From NCBI GenBank assembly GCA_964506645.1, contig CAZDML010000001.1, positions 12,072 to 76,071 of the forward strand: a stretch of 64,000 nt of DNA. Reading direction: 5' to 3'. Under the pieces are notes generated by a model. The model was given only the letters and a program-made list of their open reading frames with translations, was not told the DNA's origin and ran no database searches. Shown here one piece after another: positions 46,549 to 56,121 of the stretch. The DNA is from an uncultured Elusimicrobia bacterium. GTDB lineage: Bacteria > Elusimicrobiota > Elusimicrobia > 2-01-FULL-59-12. Position 1 is the first letter of the stretch, and each line of letters starts with the position of its first letter. The position numbers were made by a program, and so were the translations under genes.

Positions 46549-47042
46549 AAGTTCGCGATGTCATGAGAACGCAGGTTGTTTCTATCGCTCAAAACAATAC
46601 GTTGAGCGATGTCGTCCGGACGTTTGTCGATAATCATGTGCAGATGGCGCCGGTCGTGGACGCCGCCATGCGCGTGGTCGGGCTGATTACTGTGCAGGAT
46701 TTGGCCGATATTTTTCTGCCGCGCTATTTCGATTTGCTGCGCGATTTTGCCGCCCTGCAGGACAAGGGACAGCTGGCCTCTCTTTTTGATACAGCGTTTA
46801 TGAACTTCGACCGTTCTCAGGACAATCTCATTCTGGCTGCGGACATCATGAAAACCCACATCGATTGGGTGCACGATGAAGATTCCCTACTGCAAGCCGC
46901 TTCCCGGCTGCAGACGCAGCGCCAGTCGCGGCTGCCTGTGATCGATCGGGATAAAAAATTGGTGGGATTGCTCTCGGATTATGAAGTGATTCTCTCTCTC
47001 TTAAGTGGTAAACCGGCCGGCCGCGTGGCCGCACGGTCTTAG
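46545..47042 (+). CDS. CBS-domain pair protein
   Basis: Two CBS motifs (VRDVMRTQVVSIAQ..., LAADIMKTHIDWV...). Confidence 0.7.
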   Translation: MKVRDVMRTQVVSIAQNNTLSDVVRTFVDNHVQMAPVVDAAMRVVGLITVQDLADIFLPRYFDLLRDFAALQDKGQLASLFDTAFMNFDRSQDNLILAADIMKTHIDWVHDEDSLLQAASRLQTQRQSRLPVIDRDKKLVGLLSDYEVILSLLSGKPAGRVAARS

Positions 47043-47054
47043 GCGCCCTTCCCG

Positions 47055-47339
47055 TTAGTCTCGAATCGAAAACCCCTCACAAGCCTTGTCCGGAACGTCC
47101 CAATCACTGCGAAGATCGTCCACACGCGAGAGCGGCGGGCCTTTTTTAAGCTCCTCCAGCCACGAGAGCAGGGTTTCTTTTCCTCCCGATGCCCAGGTTT
47201 CTACCGTTCCATCCTGCCGATTGCGGACCCATCCGGAGAGTCCCAGCGTCTGAGCGCGCGCGAGCACAAAATAGCGGAAACCGACCCCTTGAACCCGGCC
47301 CGAAACGATTACATGCACAGCGGTTCTCTTTTTAGACAT
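47055..47339 (-). CDS. acyP: acylphosphatase
   Basis: VSGRVQGVGFR and GWVRNRQDGTVE signature motifs. 94 aa. Confidence 0.85.
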   Translation of the reverse strand: MSKKRTAVHVIVSGRVQGVGFRYFVLARAQTLGLSGWVRNRQDGTVETWASGGKETLLSWLEELKKGPPLSRVDDLRSDWDVPDKACEGFSIRD

Positions 47340-47383
47340 ATCGATATTTTAACCGTTTCTTATCAGAGAGAGAGGTTTATACA

Positions 47384-48076
47384 ATGAGCCCAATGGCAAA
47401 ATTGCGTGTCTTAGTCGTGGATGATGAGAAAGACATTGTCCGTCTGGTTCGCTATAACCTTGAAAAGGAAGGTTATGAGGTGCTCTCGGCTACAGATGGC
47501 GAAGCGGGGCTGGCGAGCGCCCGTCGTGAAAAACCAGACTTGATCATTCTCGATCTCATGCTTCCGAAAATGGATGGATTCCATGTTTGCCGTACTCTGC
47601 GTGAGGAATCGTCAGTGCCAATTCTCATGCTCACGGCCCGCAAGGAAGAAGTGGATCGGGTGTTGGGTCTCGAGCTGGGCGCCGACGATTATCTCATTAA
47701 ACCGTTTAGTGTCCGTGAACTGGCAGCACGCGTGAAGACGATTCTTCGGCGGGCGCATGCGGCACCAGATACGTCCGGAGAACGACGCTACGGAGATCTC
47801 CAGATCGACCTTGACCGGTACACGGTAACTTTAAAAGAAAAACCGATCACACTGGGATCCAAAGAATTTGAATTCTTGAAAGCCCTTTTGCAGGCCAAGG
47901 GCAAGGCGCTGACGCGTGATCAGCTCTTGGAGCGGGTCTGGGGTCTGGACCAATCCATGAACATTGACACGCGCACCATCGATCAGCATATTGCTCGTTT
48001 GCGGGAAAAACTGGGAACGGAAGCCAAGCGTATTGTCACTGTGAAAAATGTGGGATACCGGTTTGACACAAAGTAA
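47384..48076 (+). CDS. phoB: phosphate regulon response regulator (PhoB/OmpR family)
   Basis: Receiver plus winged helix. Adjacent to a PAS-HK and upstream of Pho boxes and pstSCAB-phoU. Confidence 0.8.
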   Translation: MSPMAKLRVLVVDDEKDIVRLVRYNLEKEGYEVLSATDGEAGLASARREKPDLIILDLMLPKMDGFHVCRTLREESSVPILMLTARKEEVDRVLGLELGADDYLIKPFSVRELAARVKTILRRAHAAPDTSGERRYGDLQIDLDRYTVTLKEKPITLGSKEFEFLKALLQAKGKALTRDQLLERVWGLDQSMNIDTRTIDQHIARLREKLGTEAKRIVTVKNVGYRFDTK

Positions 48077-48082
48077 TCGACT

Positions 48083-49264
48083 ATGACTGTTTGGCTCTTC
48101 AGTGCAGGGGCCGGCCTCATTGCCCTTTTTTTAATCTACCGCGAATTTCGAAAATATCTTTCCCGCACGGCACAAATGAAACATGCGTTGTCAGATATTT
48201 CCATGCGCATGGAACTTCAAATCCAGGAACTTTCGCGGGAACGCGCGCAATTATCGGCGATTCTGACGGCTTTGGTAGAAAGTGTTGTTGCCCTCGATCA
48301 TGAAGGAAAAATTCTCTTTGTCAATCCTGCCGCGGAAAAGCTATTCGGAGTCGTTGGGCCCAAAACGAAGGGCCGCCCGTTCCTCGAAGTGCTTCGCCAG
48401 TCACCACTCGGACAGCTCTTACAGAAAACATTAACGGAACAAACAGCGAATGCTCAGGAAATTACACTTTTTTCACCGGAGGAGCGAACACTGGTGGTCC
48501 AGGCGCTACCGGTGTCGTATGGAGAAGGACAAACCGGCGTCTTAGCTGCACTGCATGACATTACTGAGCTGCGGCGTCTAGAGAAGATACGTCAAGAATT
48601 TGTTGCCAATGTATCGCATGAATTGCGCACACCGCTCACATCCATTCAAGGTTTTGTGGAAACCTTGCTCGGGGGTGCGTTGGAAGATCCGAAGCATAAT
48701 CGTGAGTTTCTCGAGACCATCAGTGAACATACGGCACGTCTGACACATCTCATTGAGGATATCTTGGACTTGTCTGCTATCGAAGCCAAGCGGGTGGAGT
48801 ATCATCTGGAGCCCGTCAGCACAAAAGAGGTCGTGGATCGCCTGATGAAGGGCCTGGCACCCACGGCGAAGAGCAGAGGGGTATTTCTAGTCAATGAGAT
48901 TAAGGAGAATACGCCCAAGGTACGTGCCGATAAGGAAAAGCTGGCTCAAATCTTTATGAATTTATTGGATAACGGAATTAAATTTAATAAACCTCAGGGT
49001 CGGGTTGAAGTCTCGGCTGAAGCCCTTGGTGCGATGCTCCAAATCACGGTCAGAGATACGGGTCTTGGGGTTCCGGAGGCCGATTTACCGCGCGTGTTCG
49101 AGCGGTTTTATCGCGTTGATAAGGCGCGTTCGCGCGAAATGGGTGGTACGGGCCTTGGCCTGTCCATCGTGAAGCATTTGGTAGAAGCTCACCAAGGTAC
49201 CGTTCGTGTTGAAAGCCAGGTCGATACCGGATCGGCCTTCATCCTCACTCTTCCTCTCGCTTAA
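48083..49264 (+). CDS. phoR: phosphate regulon sensor histidine kinase (PhoR-like, TM-PAS-HisKA-HATPase)
   Basis: H-box VSHELRTPLTSI. PAS domain. DNGIKF and GGTGLGLSI motifs. Confidence 0.8.
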   Translation: MTVWLFSAGAGLIALFLIYREFRKYLSRTAQMKHALSDISMRMELQIQELSRERAQLSAILTALVESVVALDHEGKILFVNPAAEKLFGVVGPKTKGRPFLEVLRQSPLGQLLQKTLTEQTANAQEITLFSPEERTLVVQALPVSYGEGQTGVLAALHDITELRRLEKIRQEFVANVSHELRTPLTSIQGFVETLLGGALEDPKHNREFLETISEHTARLTHLIEDILDLSAIEAKRVEYHLEPVSTKEVVDRLMKGLAPTAKSRGVFLVNEIKENTPKVRADKEKLAQIFMNLLDNGIKFNKPQGRVEVSAEALGAMLQITVRDTGLGVPEADLPRVFERFYRVDKARSREMGGTGLGLSIVKHLVEAHQGTVRVESQVDTGSAFILTLPLA

Positions 49265-49285
49265 GCGGTTTCTCTCTCTTCCACA

Positions 49286-49303
49286 CTGTCATTTCATTGT
49301 CAT
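49286..49303 (+). promoter_or_regulatory. Pho box (PhoB binding site) upstream of the small ORF and porin gene
   Basis: CTGTCAT-ttca-TTGTCAT: two 7-nt direct repeats at 11-bp spacing, matching the Pho-box consensus CTGTCAT-A(A/T)A(T/A)-CTGTCA(C/T). Confidence 0.7.
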
Positions 49304-49392
49304 ACAGGATTTACCCAGCCGATATGGGCATTCTGCGCCCACTCCTCTACAATTCAGTCAATTAAAACGACAACACAGAGGAGGTCACTGGT

Positions 49393-49563
49393 ATGGTGAT
49401 CAAAATGAAAGAAGAGTATGTGGCCGCAGGATTAAGGCAGCAAATCGAAAGCATGAAGCATCTGATGCAGGAACTTGAGAAAGAAACACTCACGCCGGAT
49501 GCCTTAGGATGGCGAATTCGTGCTATTGAGCTGCAGCTGCGAAACTTACGGGAAGCCGCTTAA
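49393..49563 (+). CDS. unlisted 56-aa coiled-coil small protein (hypothetical), probably Pho-regulated
   Basis: GAGGAGG plus 7 nt to ATG. MVIKMKEEYVAAGLRQQIESMKHLMQELEKETLTPDALGWRIRAIELQLRNLREAA. Shorter than the ORF-track cutoff. Confidence 0.45.
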   Translation: MVIKMKEEYVAAGLRQQIESMKHLMQELEKETLTPDALGWRIRAIELQLRNLREAA

Positions 49564-49699
49564 CCCGGCAACCCCACTCACTTTTAAAATGCAAAAAACA
49601 AAGGGGAAACAGATGGAAGACTGGTTTTGCGGGCGGTGCCCTTTCCCCCTTTTCGTGGGTGCTGTCCCGCATTCTTATAAACAAAAGGAGGAAGTGGAT

Positions 49700-50917
49700 A
49701 TGAAGTGGATGATGCAAGGGATGAAAAGAATGAAAACGATGTTGGTTCTGGCCGTGTTGACCGTGTCGTTCCTGTCTGTGGCTCGCGCCGCAGAAACCGA
49801 TGTACAGACGTCCAAGACGACCGATAAGTTGGTGTTCAATGGGGATATGCGCGTGCGTCACGAGTCTTTTTTCAACAAGACCCGTGGCTCCGTCGATCGT
49901 CATCGTGAACGCTATCGTCTTCGTTTTGGTGCGACCGCCAATATCCAGGATTTCCTGGTCGGATTGAAGCTGGCCACCGGTACGGGCGAGCAAGTTTCAA
50001 CCAACCAGACGTTCGGAAATGCGTTTGGCGAAAAAGGTATTTATGTGGATCAGGCGTATATTCAGTGGAAAGCGCACGAGTATGCCAAATTGACCGGCGG
50101 CCGTATGCCGAATCCATTCTGGAGGACCTATGCCTCGGACATCGTCTGGGACAATGACATTAATCCAGAAGGGTATGCGCAGCAAGTCGAAGTGCCGGTA
50201 GGGGACACACTCTCCTTCTTTGGTAACTTCGCTCAGTTGCCCATTAATGAAATCAGCGGTTCCTCCAAAGATCCCTGGGTTTTCGGGAATCAAATCGGAG
50301 GCAGTGTTCGTTTGGGTGAAGATGCCAAAATCAAAATGGGCATCAGCTATTACGGCTTTATTAATGAACGCGCGAACGTCCTGCATTCTACGGCAGCGGC
50401 GGATTCCACGGTCATCCAGGAAGCCAATACCCGTGTGGCGGGCAGCGCCCAACTAGCGTCAGCCTTTAAGATCTTGCACTACACTATGGAAGCGACTTTC
50501 CATGCGCTGAGTGTGCCAGTGTCCCTGCAGGGTGACTACGTGAAGAACGCGGCGAAATCGAGCGGCTTGGAAGCGGTGCGCAATCAGCGCAGCGGGTACC
50601 AGGTCGGTGCCGTTCTCGGCAAAGCAAAAGCCGCGGGAACCTGGGAATTTGCCTACTTCAAAAAGTATTTGGAAGCCAATGCAACCATTTCCGATTGGGC
50701 CGATTCTGACTTTGGAAACGGCGGAACCAACCGGGAAGGACACATCCTGTGGCTTGCTTATGCACCGCGGGATTACGTGACGATCTCTGCGAAGTACTTC
50801 CTGACCAAAAAGCTGAACGAATTCATTAGCAGCTCCGCGCCGTACTCGGCAAGCGCGACGACCCCGGCTTACAGCGACATCAATCGCTTCCAGCTGGATC
50901 TTGTCGTGAAGTTCTAA
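49700..50917 (+). CDS. outer-membrane porin (phosphate-selective OprO/P-like candidate)
   Basis: AAAGGAGG RBS before ATG 49700. Signal peptide MKWMMQGMKRMKTMLVLAVLTVSFLSVARA. Beta-strand periodicity. C-terminal ...LVVKF. Sits between two Pho boxes. Confidence 0.6.
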   Translation: MKWMMQGMKRMKTMLVLAVLTVSFLSVARAAETDVQTSKTTDKLVFNGDMRVRHESFFNKTRGSVDRHRERYRLRFGATANIQDFLVGLKLATGTGEQVSTNQTFGNAFGEKGIYVDQAYIQWKAHEYAKLTGGRMPNPFWRTYASDIVWDNDINPEGYAQQVEVPVGDTLSFFGNFAQLPINEISGSSKDPWVFGNQIGGSVRLGEDAKIKMGISYYGFINERANVLHSTAAADSTVIQEANTRVAGSAQLASAFKILHYTMEATFHALSVPVSLQGDYVKNAAKSSGLEAVRNQRSGYQVGAVLGKAKAAGTWEFAYFKKYLEANATISDWADSDFGNGGTNREGHILWLAYAPRDYVTISAKYFLTKKLNEFISSSAPYSASATTPAYSDINRFQLDLVVKF

Positions 50918-50920
50918 TAC

Positions 50921-50949
50921 ATGTCACACAGATGTCATATGGATGTCAC
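50921..50949 (+). promoter_or_regulatory. Pho box (three tandem half-sites) upstream of pstS
   Basis: ATGTCAC-acag-ATGTCAT-atgg-ATGTCAC: three 7-nt repeats with an 11-bp period. Confidence 0.8.
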
Positions 50950-50998
50950 ACGAAAAGTAATCACAGGCAGTATAATTCAATCAATACGAGGAGGATAT

Positions 50999-51838
50999 AT
51001 GAAAAAATTTTTAGCGGGTTTCTTTTTCATCGCGTTAATGGTTTTAGGGTCTTCGGTGTGGGCTGCGAATAAAGTCCTGACCATTAAGGGATCTGACACC
51101 ATGGTGATTTTGGGCCAACGGTGGGCAGAAGAATACATGAAAACGCACCCCGGCACAGTGATTCAGGTCACCGGTGGAGGATCGGGCACAGGGATTGCGG
51201 CCCTCATTAATGGCGCGACAGATATCGCTGCCGCATCACGTCCGATGCAGCCTAAAGAAAAGGCGGCCGTACAAACAAAACAAGGGAAGTCCGTAGAAGA
51301 AATTCCTGTCGCGTTGGATGGATTGGCCATTTACGTCGATCAAGCCAATCCGTTAAATACGATCAGCCTGGATCAGGTGAAAAAGATTTATCTCGGTCAG
51401 GTGACTCGCTGGGAAGATCTGGGCGTCCCGCTGGGGCCGATTATTGCCTATGGGCGCGAAAACAATTCTGGTACGTACGCCTACTTCAAAGAACACGTAT
51501 TGGGCAATGAAGATTTTGCTCCTCAAGTATTAAGCCTTCCCGGGACCGCAGCTGTCATTAATGCTGTGAGTAAGGATCGTAAAGCCATTGGATACGGTGG
51601 CATTGCGTATGTTAAAGGCGCTAAAACGCTCAAAGTGAAAAAGGACGAGAAAGGTCTTGGGTATGAACCTTCATTGGCCCATGTCGAAAGTGGAAAATAT
51701 CCCATTTCTCGGTCTCTGTATTTTTATACGGCAGGGAAACCCCAGGGGGATGTGAAAGCATTTCTGGAGTGGACCTTAGGCAAAGAAGGCCAAAAAATCT
51801 GTCAGCAGGTAGGCTATTACCCGCTGCGAAAAAAATAA
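50999..51838 (+). CDS. pstS: phosphate ABC transporter substrate-binding protein
   Basis: Signal peptide. PstS-family fold motifs (GSDTMV..., TGGGSGTG, SRPM). Confidence 0.85.
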   Translation: MKKFLAGFFFIALMVLGSSVWAANKVLTIKGSDTMVILGQRWAEEYMKTHPGTVIQVTGGGSGTGIAALINGATDIAAASRPMQPKEKAAVQTKQGKSVEEIPVALDGLAIYVDQANPLNTISLDQVKKIYLGQVTRWEDLGVPLGPIIAYGRENNSGTYAYFKEHVLGNEDFAPQVLSLPGTAAVINAVSKDRKAIGYGGIAYVKGAKTLKVKKDEKGLGYEPSLAHVESGKYPISRSLYFYTAGKPQGDVKAFLEWTLGKEGQKICQQVGYYPLRKK

Positions 51839-51842
51839 CGTT

Positions 51843-52772
51843 TTGAAAAAACGCTTTCAAACATCGACGGTCGAATCGTTCGTAGAAGCGCTCATTTATG
51901 TGAGCGCTTTTACGGCTATTATTAGCCTTTTTCTGATCTTTGTTTTTATAGGTAAGGAAGCATTGCCTATTTTTACATCAGCGGAAGTTCAGACAGAAGC
52001 CAACCTCTCCAATCTGTTTTTTCCACAGGAGGGAAAGTTTTCCTGGCAGCCCATATCGTCTATTCCAAAGTATTCCCTGTTTCCTTTGCTCGTGGGGACT
52101 CTGAAGGTGACGTTTGTTGCGCTTCTCTTTGCCATTCCTTTGGCATTAGGCGCTGCTTTGTTTACGTCCGAATTCGCGCCCAATTGGTTAAAGGAAGTGG
52201 TGAAGCCCGTCATTGAGCTTCTGGCTGGAATCCCTTCTGTGGTCCTTGGGTTTTTCGCGCTTATGGTGATGGCCAGCTATGTTCAGGAATTATTTGGCGT
52301 AGTTTACCGTTTAAACGCCATTAACGCAGGTATTGCATTGGGCCTGGCAGTCATACCCATCGTGTATACCGTGGCCGATGATGCGTTGAATGCTGTCCCT
52401 CGAAGCTATCGCGAAGCGTCCATCGCAATGGGCGCGTCCGGTTGGCAAACAGCCTGGCGAGTGGTTGTGCCCGCGGCACTTCCAGGAATATTGGCAGCCT
52501 GTATTCTGGGCTTTGGTCGTGCCATCGGCGAAACGATGATTATTCTCATGTCTTCTGGGAATGCGCCTATTTATGACTGGGCGTTGGATAAGCCGGTCCG
52601 TAGTCTCTCGGCCACTGTCGCAGCGGAGCTGGGGGAAGTGGTCGTTGGGAGTCCTCACTACCATGTCCTCTTTTTCATTGGGACAGCGCTTTTTATTCTT
52701 ACCTTTGTTCTGAATATGTTGGGCCATTGGTTTGTGAACCGGCTGCAGCGAAAATCCATGGGGACGGTATGA
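51843..52772 (+). CDS. pstC: phosphate ABC transporter permease
   Basis: Six-TM ABC permease. Second in the pst operon order. Confidence 0.85.
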   Translation: MKKRFQTSTVESFVEALIYVSAFTAIISLFLIFVFIGKEALPIFTSAEVQTEANLSNLFFPQEGKFSWQPISSIPKYSLFPLLVGTLKVTFVALLFAIPLALGAALFTSEFAPNWLKEVVKPVIELLAGIPSVVLGFFALMVMASYVQELFGVVYRLNAINAGIALGLAVIPIVYTVADDALNAVPRSYREASIAMGASGWQTAWRVVVPAALPGILAACILGFGRAIGETMIILMSSGNAPIYDWALDKPVRSLSATVAAELGEVVVGSPHYHVLFFIGTALFILTFVLNMLGHWFVNRLQRKSMGTV

Positions 52773-53659
52773 TCGGGGCCTTTTTCATCGGACTGACCGG
52801 ACTCTGTTGTATGACCATCATTCTGATCGTCGGGGCCATCCTCGGCGACATTATTTACCACGGCTGGGGGGCGCTGAGTCTTCAGTTCCTGTTGGCGGCT
52901 CCTTCACAAGGCATGACGGAGGGAGGCATTTTCCCCGCAATTTTCGGCACCTTCTTTCTCGTTATTCTCATGACGGTTGTGGTTATCCCCTTGGGCGTCA
53001 TGACCGCTATCTACCTGCATGAGTATGCACCTAAGAAATCGCGGATGGTTCAGGCTGTTCGCTTGGCTATTCAAAATCTTGCCGGCGTCCCAGCGATCGT
53101 TTTTGGATTATTTGGATTGGGATTCTTTATTCATTTTGTCGGACGAGGCATTGATCAGTTTTTTTATGGGGGGCTTCTGGTCATGGGCCAACCGGCCATT
53201 CTCTGGGCCGCGTTGACGATGGCGCTCTTGACGTTACCCACCGTGGTTGTGGCGACGGAGGAGGCTTTGCGCGCGATTCCTCATTCGTATCGTGAAGTAG
53301 CCTATTCCTTAGGTGCGACACGGTTGCAGATGATCCGTACCATTGTGCTTCCGCAAGCGGTGGGAGGCATTCTTACAGGAGGGATTCTCGCGATTAGCCG
53401 CGGAGCGGGAGAAGTGGCACCCATTCTCTTTACGGGAGCGGCCTATTACCTTCCCTATTTGCCAAAGAAACTCAACGATCAATTTATGGAAATGGGGTAT
53501 CACATTTATGTGATGGCCACCCAATCTCCAGATGTCGAAGCAACCAAGCCTATCCTGTATGCCACAGTTTTTGTTCTCTTGGCGTTGACCTTTACCTTGA
53601 ATTTTACGGCGGTTTGGATTCGCTCAAAGATTCGTCGAAAATTGAGAAAAGCACGATGA
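52769..53659 (+). CDS. pstA: phosphate ABC transporter permease
   Basis: Six-TM ABC permease with EAA-like loop. ATGA overlap with pstC. Confidence 0.85.
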   Translation: MIGAFFIGLTGLCCMTIILIVGAILGDIIYHGWGALSLQFLLAAPSQGMTEGGIFPAIFGTFFLVILMTVVVIPLGVMTAIYLHEYAPKKSRMVQAVRLAIQNLAGVPAIVFGLFGLGFFIHFVGRGIDQFFYGGLLVMGQPAILWAALTMALLTLPTVVVATEEALRAIPHSYREVAYSLGATRLQMIRTIVLPQAVGGILTGGILAISRGAGEVAPILFTGAAYYLPYLPKKLNDQFMEMGYHIYVMATQSPDVEATKPILYATVFVLLALTFTLNFTAVWIRSKIRRKLRKAR

Positions 53660-54414
53660 CCACAAAGTGTCTCGACATCCAAAATTTAGAGATTCGTGCC
53701 GGAGCTCAGCAGATTCTGGAGCCGATCACCTTGCAGATCCGTCCTGGAGAAATTCTTTCGGTGATTGGGCCCGCAGGCAGTGGTAAAACAACTTTTTTAC
53801 GTGCGCTCAATCGTCTTTTGGATTTTGACAAGGAGCTCACCGTCAGCGGAACAGTATCGTTGGCGGGACAGCCTATTATGGGGCTGGATGTGGATGTGCC
53901 CGCCGTTCGCCGACGCGTGGGGATTGTTTTTTCAACCCCGACACCGCTTCCCATGTCTATCTACGAAAACCTCACGTTTGGCCCTCGACTGTCCGGTATT
54001 TCAGATACGGCCACTTTAAAGGCCCTCGCGGAAAAGTGTTTAAGGGCAGCAGACCTTTGGGTGGAAGTCAAAGACCGTCTTGAAATGGCCGCCACGAATC
54101 TATCCGGTGGGCAGCAACAACGTTTGTGTCTGGCGCGAACGTTGATGATGGGTCCCGATGTCTTGCTTTTGGATGAACCGTGCTCCGGTCTCGATCCCAT
54201 TTCTACCGCAAAGATAGAAGAAGCCTTATCTGAATTAAAAAAAGAGATGGCGATCGTTTTGGTGACCAATAATGTAAAGCAGGCGGCTCGGGTATCTGAT
54301 AAGACCGCATTTTTGTATTTGGGACATCTCGTGGAATACGGACCTACACAGCAATTATTTACGAATCCAAAAGAAAAACGGACGGAAGAATACATTACTG
54401 GGAGATTTGGATAA
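53656..54414 (+). CDS. pstB: phosphate ABC transporter ATP-binding protein (copy 1)
   Basis: Walker [18 protein letters not shown] signature. Walker B LLLDEP. Confidence 0.9.
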   Translation: MTTKCLDIQNLEIRAGAQQILEPITLQIRPGEILSVIGPAGSGKTTFLRALNRLLDFDKELTVSGTVSLAGQPIMGLDVDVPAVRRRVGIVFSTPTPLPMSIYENLTFGPRLSGISDTATLKALAEKCLRAADLWVEVKDRLEMAATNLSGGQQQRLCLARTLMMGPDVLLLDEPCSGLDPISTAKIEEALSELKKEMAIVLVTNNVKQAARVSDKTAFLYLGHLVEYGPTQQLFTNPKEKRTEEYITGRFG

Positions 54415-55220
54415 TGGTTGAAGTGCTAGAGCCATCCATCGCCATCGCAAAACCCGTTAATGCGGTTCCTACTAAACTGGAATCGCAAAATCTGAATCTC
54501 TATTACGGGTCTTTTCAGGCATTAAAAAGTGTGTCTATGCGTGTGCCCTCCAATGCGATCACGGCGATGATTGGCCCTTCAGGATGCGGAAAATCGACAC
54601 TGCTCCGTGTTTTTAATCGAATGAACGATTTAGTTGCAGGGGTTCGCATTGAAGGAGAAGTGCGCTTAGATGGGAAGAGTATCTATAACACAAGCATTTC
54701 GCTGACGTCGCTTCGTAAGCGGGTGGGGATGGTCTTTCAACGGCCCAATCCTTTTCCCTTGCCGATTTTTGAAAATGTCGCTTATGGTCCGCGGATTCAT
54801 CGATTGGTCTCTTCGAAAGATCTTCCCGATCTTGTTAAAACCAGCCTTGTCCAAACGGGATTATGGGATCAAGTCAAAGACCGATTGCAGGAATCCGCCA
54901 TGACCTTATCTCCGGAGCAGCAGCAACGGCTTTGTATTTCCCGTCTTTTAGCGACACATCCGGAAGTGTTGTTAATGGATGAACCCTGCTCGGCTCTAGA
55001 TCCGATAGCGACTGCCAAAATCGAAGAGTTAATGCTTTCTCTAAAAGAGCATTACACGATCGCCATCGTAACACACAATATGCAACAAGCGGCCAGAATT
55101 TCTGATTACACAGGGTTCATGTTACTGGGTGATTTGGTGGAGTTTGGAACGACGCAAAACATTTTTACAACACCAAAAGACAAACGAACAGAAGATTACA
55201 TCACCGGCCGTTTCGGATAG
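54414..55220 (+). CDS. pstB: phosphate ABC transporter ATP-binding protein (copy 2)
   Basis: Walker [24 protein letters not shown]. Tandem paralog of the preceding gene. Confidence 0.9.
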   Translation: MVEVLEPSIAIAKPVNAVPTKLESQNLNLYYGSFQALKSVSMRVPSNAITAMIGPSGCGKSTLLRVFNRMNDLVAGVRIEGEVRLDGKSIYNTSISLTSLRKRVGMVFQRPNPFPLPIFENVAYGPRIHRLVSSKDLPDLVKTSLVQTGLWDQVKDRLQESAMTLSPEQQQRLCISRLLATHPEVLLMDEPCSALDPIATAKIEELMLSLKEHYTIAIVTHNMQQAARISDYTGFMLLGDLVEFGTTQNIFTTPKDKRTEDYITGRFG

Positions 55221-55228
55221 GAGACGCT

Positions 55229-55909
55229 ATGGAACGACACTTTGACCAAGATTTACAGCAACTCAAAGAGAGACTACTTTATATGGGGAGTCTTACGGAA
55301 ACGATGATTCATGTCGCCGTTAAGGCGCTTGTGGACCGCAATGTGTCGATTCTTCAGGAAGTGTTTCGTCATGAAAAAGAAGTCAATCAACTCCAGATTG
55401 AAATTGATGATCGTTGTATCAAAATGATCGCCCTACACCAGCCGACGGCCGGTGATCTTCGGTTTATTACAGCCGCAATGAAGATTAACTCCGACTTAGA
55501 ACGCATTGGTGATCAAACAGTCAATATCTCTGAAACCACTGAATATTTACTCAAAGAGCCACAGCTCAAGCCCCTGATTGATGTGCCACGCATGGCCCAG
55601 ATTGGAACAAAGATGCTTAAAGACGCGCTTGATTCTTTTGTAAACCGCGATGAAAACTTGGCGCGATCGGTCCTCGTTCGTGATGACCAGGTCGATGAGC
55701 TAAAAAGCCAGGTGTTTCGCGAACTTCTCACCTATATGATTTCTGATCCTTCCACCATTAAACGAGGGCTCGACATTATTCTCATCTCTCGCAATCTGGA
55801 GCGGATTGCGGATCACGCGACGAATATCGCCGAAGATGTGATTTATATGATCCTAGGTAAAGATATCCGCCATCATGCCGAGGAGCAGCAGCAAGAATCT
55901 CCCCGCTGA
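55229..55909 (+). CDS. phoU: phosphate signalling complex protein PhoU
   Basis: Two PhoU repeats (ERIGDQTVNI / ERIADHATNIAED). Confidence 0.85.
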   Translation: MERHFDQDLQQLKERLLYMGSLTETMIHVAVKALVDRNVSILQEVFRHEKEVNQLQIEIDDRCIKMIALHQPTAGDLRFITAAMKINSDLERIGDQTVNISETTEYLLKEPQLKPLIDVPRMAQIGTKMLKDALDSFVNRDENLARSVLVRDDQVDELKSQVFRELLTYMISDPSTIKRGLDIILISRNLERIADHATNIAEDVIYMILGKDIRHHAEEQQQESPR

Positions 55910-55958
55910 CTACGAGGGGATTGTGTCTCGGATAGGGAGTATCTAGAATTCTATCGAG

Positions 55959-56000
55959 CTGGGCGGCGTCCAAGAAAAGGGGAGCCGCTCAGTTTTTTTA
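55959..56000 (+). terminator. rho-independent terminator after phoU
   Basis: CTGGGCGGC...GCCGCTCAG (9-bp stem, one mismatch) followed by TTTTTTTA. Confidence 0.6.
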
Positions 56001-56120
56001 TTGCAAGCTCCAATCACCAAGCACCAAATTCCAAATAATCCCCAATAACCACTATTCAAAACATGTTTGAAGCGTTGGATGTTTTGTGATTATTTGGAGC
56101 TTGAAATTTGGTTATTGGTG
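56000..56120. repeat. imperfect palindromic repeat region between convergent phoU and sixA, with a related copy at 63940-63980
   Basis: The central palindrome TTCAAAACATGTTTGAA is flanked by arms sharing CAAGCTCCAA / AAGCACCAA / CCAAATAATC / CCAATAACCA words in inverted orientation. The window end has CAAGCTCCAAATTCCAATATCAAAAC. Confidence 0.45.
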
Positions 56121-56121
56121 C

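Noticed and set aside
46068-46874. 268-aa minus-strand ORF
   Set aside because: Antisense to pth and the CBS gene, both with canonical motifs on the plus strand.
49590-49660. GGGGAAA...TTTCCCC inverted repeat with inner GGC-ggt-GCC hairpin between the small ORF and the porin start
   Set aside because: The stem is only 7 bp with a 33-nt loop and a weak U-tract. It could be an attenuator, but it is too weak to call a terminator from sequence alone.
49997-50452. 151-aa minus-strand ORF
   Set aside because: Antisense to the porin gene.
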